A stretch of 35,868 nt of DNA from Octopus bimaculoides (lineage: Eukaryota). Made by a program: the position numbers and the translations under genes. The first letter of the stretch is position 1; every line of letters starts with the position of its first letter. This document shows positions 34,761 to 35,868 of this stretch, one piece after another. The stretch lies in the NCBI RefSeq assembly GCF_001194135.2, contig NC_068990.1, forward strand, positions 53,323,743 through 53,359,610, given 5' to 3'. The notes beneath the pieces were generated by a model. The model did not search any database, was not told where the DNA came from, and saw nothing but the letters and a program-made list of their open reading frames with translations.

Positions 34761-35470
34761 CCTGCATTGAACCCATGATCTCGTAATATCAACTTCAATG
34801 AGTTGACAATGATGTCAAGTGAATGGCTAACCAGCTAGAAGTGTCCAGGTAGTTATGCTTTGTTCTTCAACAAAGTGCTGAAGCAAAACACCAGGTCGTT
34901 GGTATTCTAACTTCTTTGTCTTGTCCTGTCGTGAGTGATGATGTCCATCTCCAATTTCTTTAATTCCAAAGCAACCAAAGCTATTCTGGTCTACTAAAGT
35001 AATACATATCGAGCAAAGTCCGAACAGTCCAGGTCCTAAAATGGGTGCGGTTGTCCAAAGTAGATAAAGCATAACATACTAAGTTTTGGAAACATTTTAT
35101 AGCCATTTCAGGATCATCAGAGCTGATGCTTCTAATAACTACTCTGAGGTCGATGTTGCTATTAAACCCTTCTTCTTTCCAAGTATTCAGTGACTAATCT
35201 GAAAATCCACTGATGGTGGGCTGTCTGAAATAAGAGCTTCCAGATTCACGCTCTTCCCTCATCGCTCGTAGTCGACCTATAAAAACACACACACAGAGGA
35301 GCTAGTGAATATGTGACGGACACCTACTCTCCAAAGTAAAGAAATAATACCTCATAATCTCTGTGTGCTTGGAGTGGAACCCCACAACAATAAGATCCCT
35401 AAGGTAGGGATTCATTTCGCAAAATTTTTCTTGGACACCCTTCACAAACAAAAACAACAATCAAATACAT

Positions 35471-35613
35471 ACACACGCGCACGTGCGCGCACAGAAACTT
35501 GTACATGTCTCTGTCGCTATTGTTTATACACATACATACATACATACATACATACATACATACATACATACATGCATACACGTACATACATACATACATA
35601 CATGCATACATAC
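35471..35613. repeat. (CA)/(TACA)n microsatellite
   Basis: Direct reading. Confidence 0.95.
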
Positions 35614-35654
35614 ATTCCCATTCTGTTTATTCGGATATGTTTTTCCTAAACAAT

Positions 35655-35716
35655 ACTATGCTGATGAGCAGAGTCTAGAATCATTCTGATAATCGCGAAA
35701 TCGGTCGATACATAGT
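35655..35716 (+). ncRNA. type I hammerhead ribozyme motif (Penelope pLTR-like)
   Basis: ACTATG-CTGATGA-GC..GC-GAAA-TCG-GT-CGA-TA-CATAGT: stem I ACTATG/CATAGT, stem II closed by G-C and C-G with AGAGT/ATTCT beyond a bulge, quasi-palindromic stem III ATCGGTCGAT, AUA cleavage triplet. Confidence 0.78.
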
Positions 35717-35868
35717 TGAGTTATTTAAAAGAAAGTTGGTCTTCTTCTGTTGGTTATTTTTCCTCGCATTCGGTACTAAATGTGTTTATTTTGGGAAGTC
35801 CACTGTGTGGCATTATTCTGCAGTAATGCCCCTTATATAAATATAAACGAATAATTATATTCTTAGGA

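Overview
Repeat-saturated eukaryotic genomic DNA from a draft scaffold with six N-gaps. The SINE families and microsatellite load suggest an octopod cephalopod (recognition from memory, not a database match). No intact host protein-coding gene is supportable. Recognisable degenerate mobile elements: a Helitron derivative with both termini (PIF1 helicase kept, Rep domain deleted), a hAT transposase fossil, Tx1/L1-type LINEs, Tc1 and Tigger/pogo fragments, several R4/Dong-like RLE LINE fragments, an RTE LINE, two Penelope GIY-YIG fragments, tRNA-derived SINEs, a fold-back MITE and a possible small LTR element. The most notable signals are two minimal type I hammerhead ribozyme motifs. One (16807-16852, minus) sits inside a tRNA-headed SINE-like element that appears to carry an inverted tail copy and a 15-bp target-site duplication, suggesting a Penelope-dependent, ribozyme-bearing SINE. 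The other is at 35655-35716 (plus).
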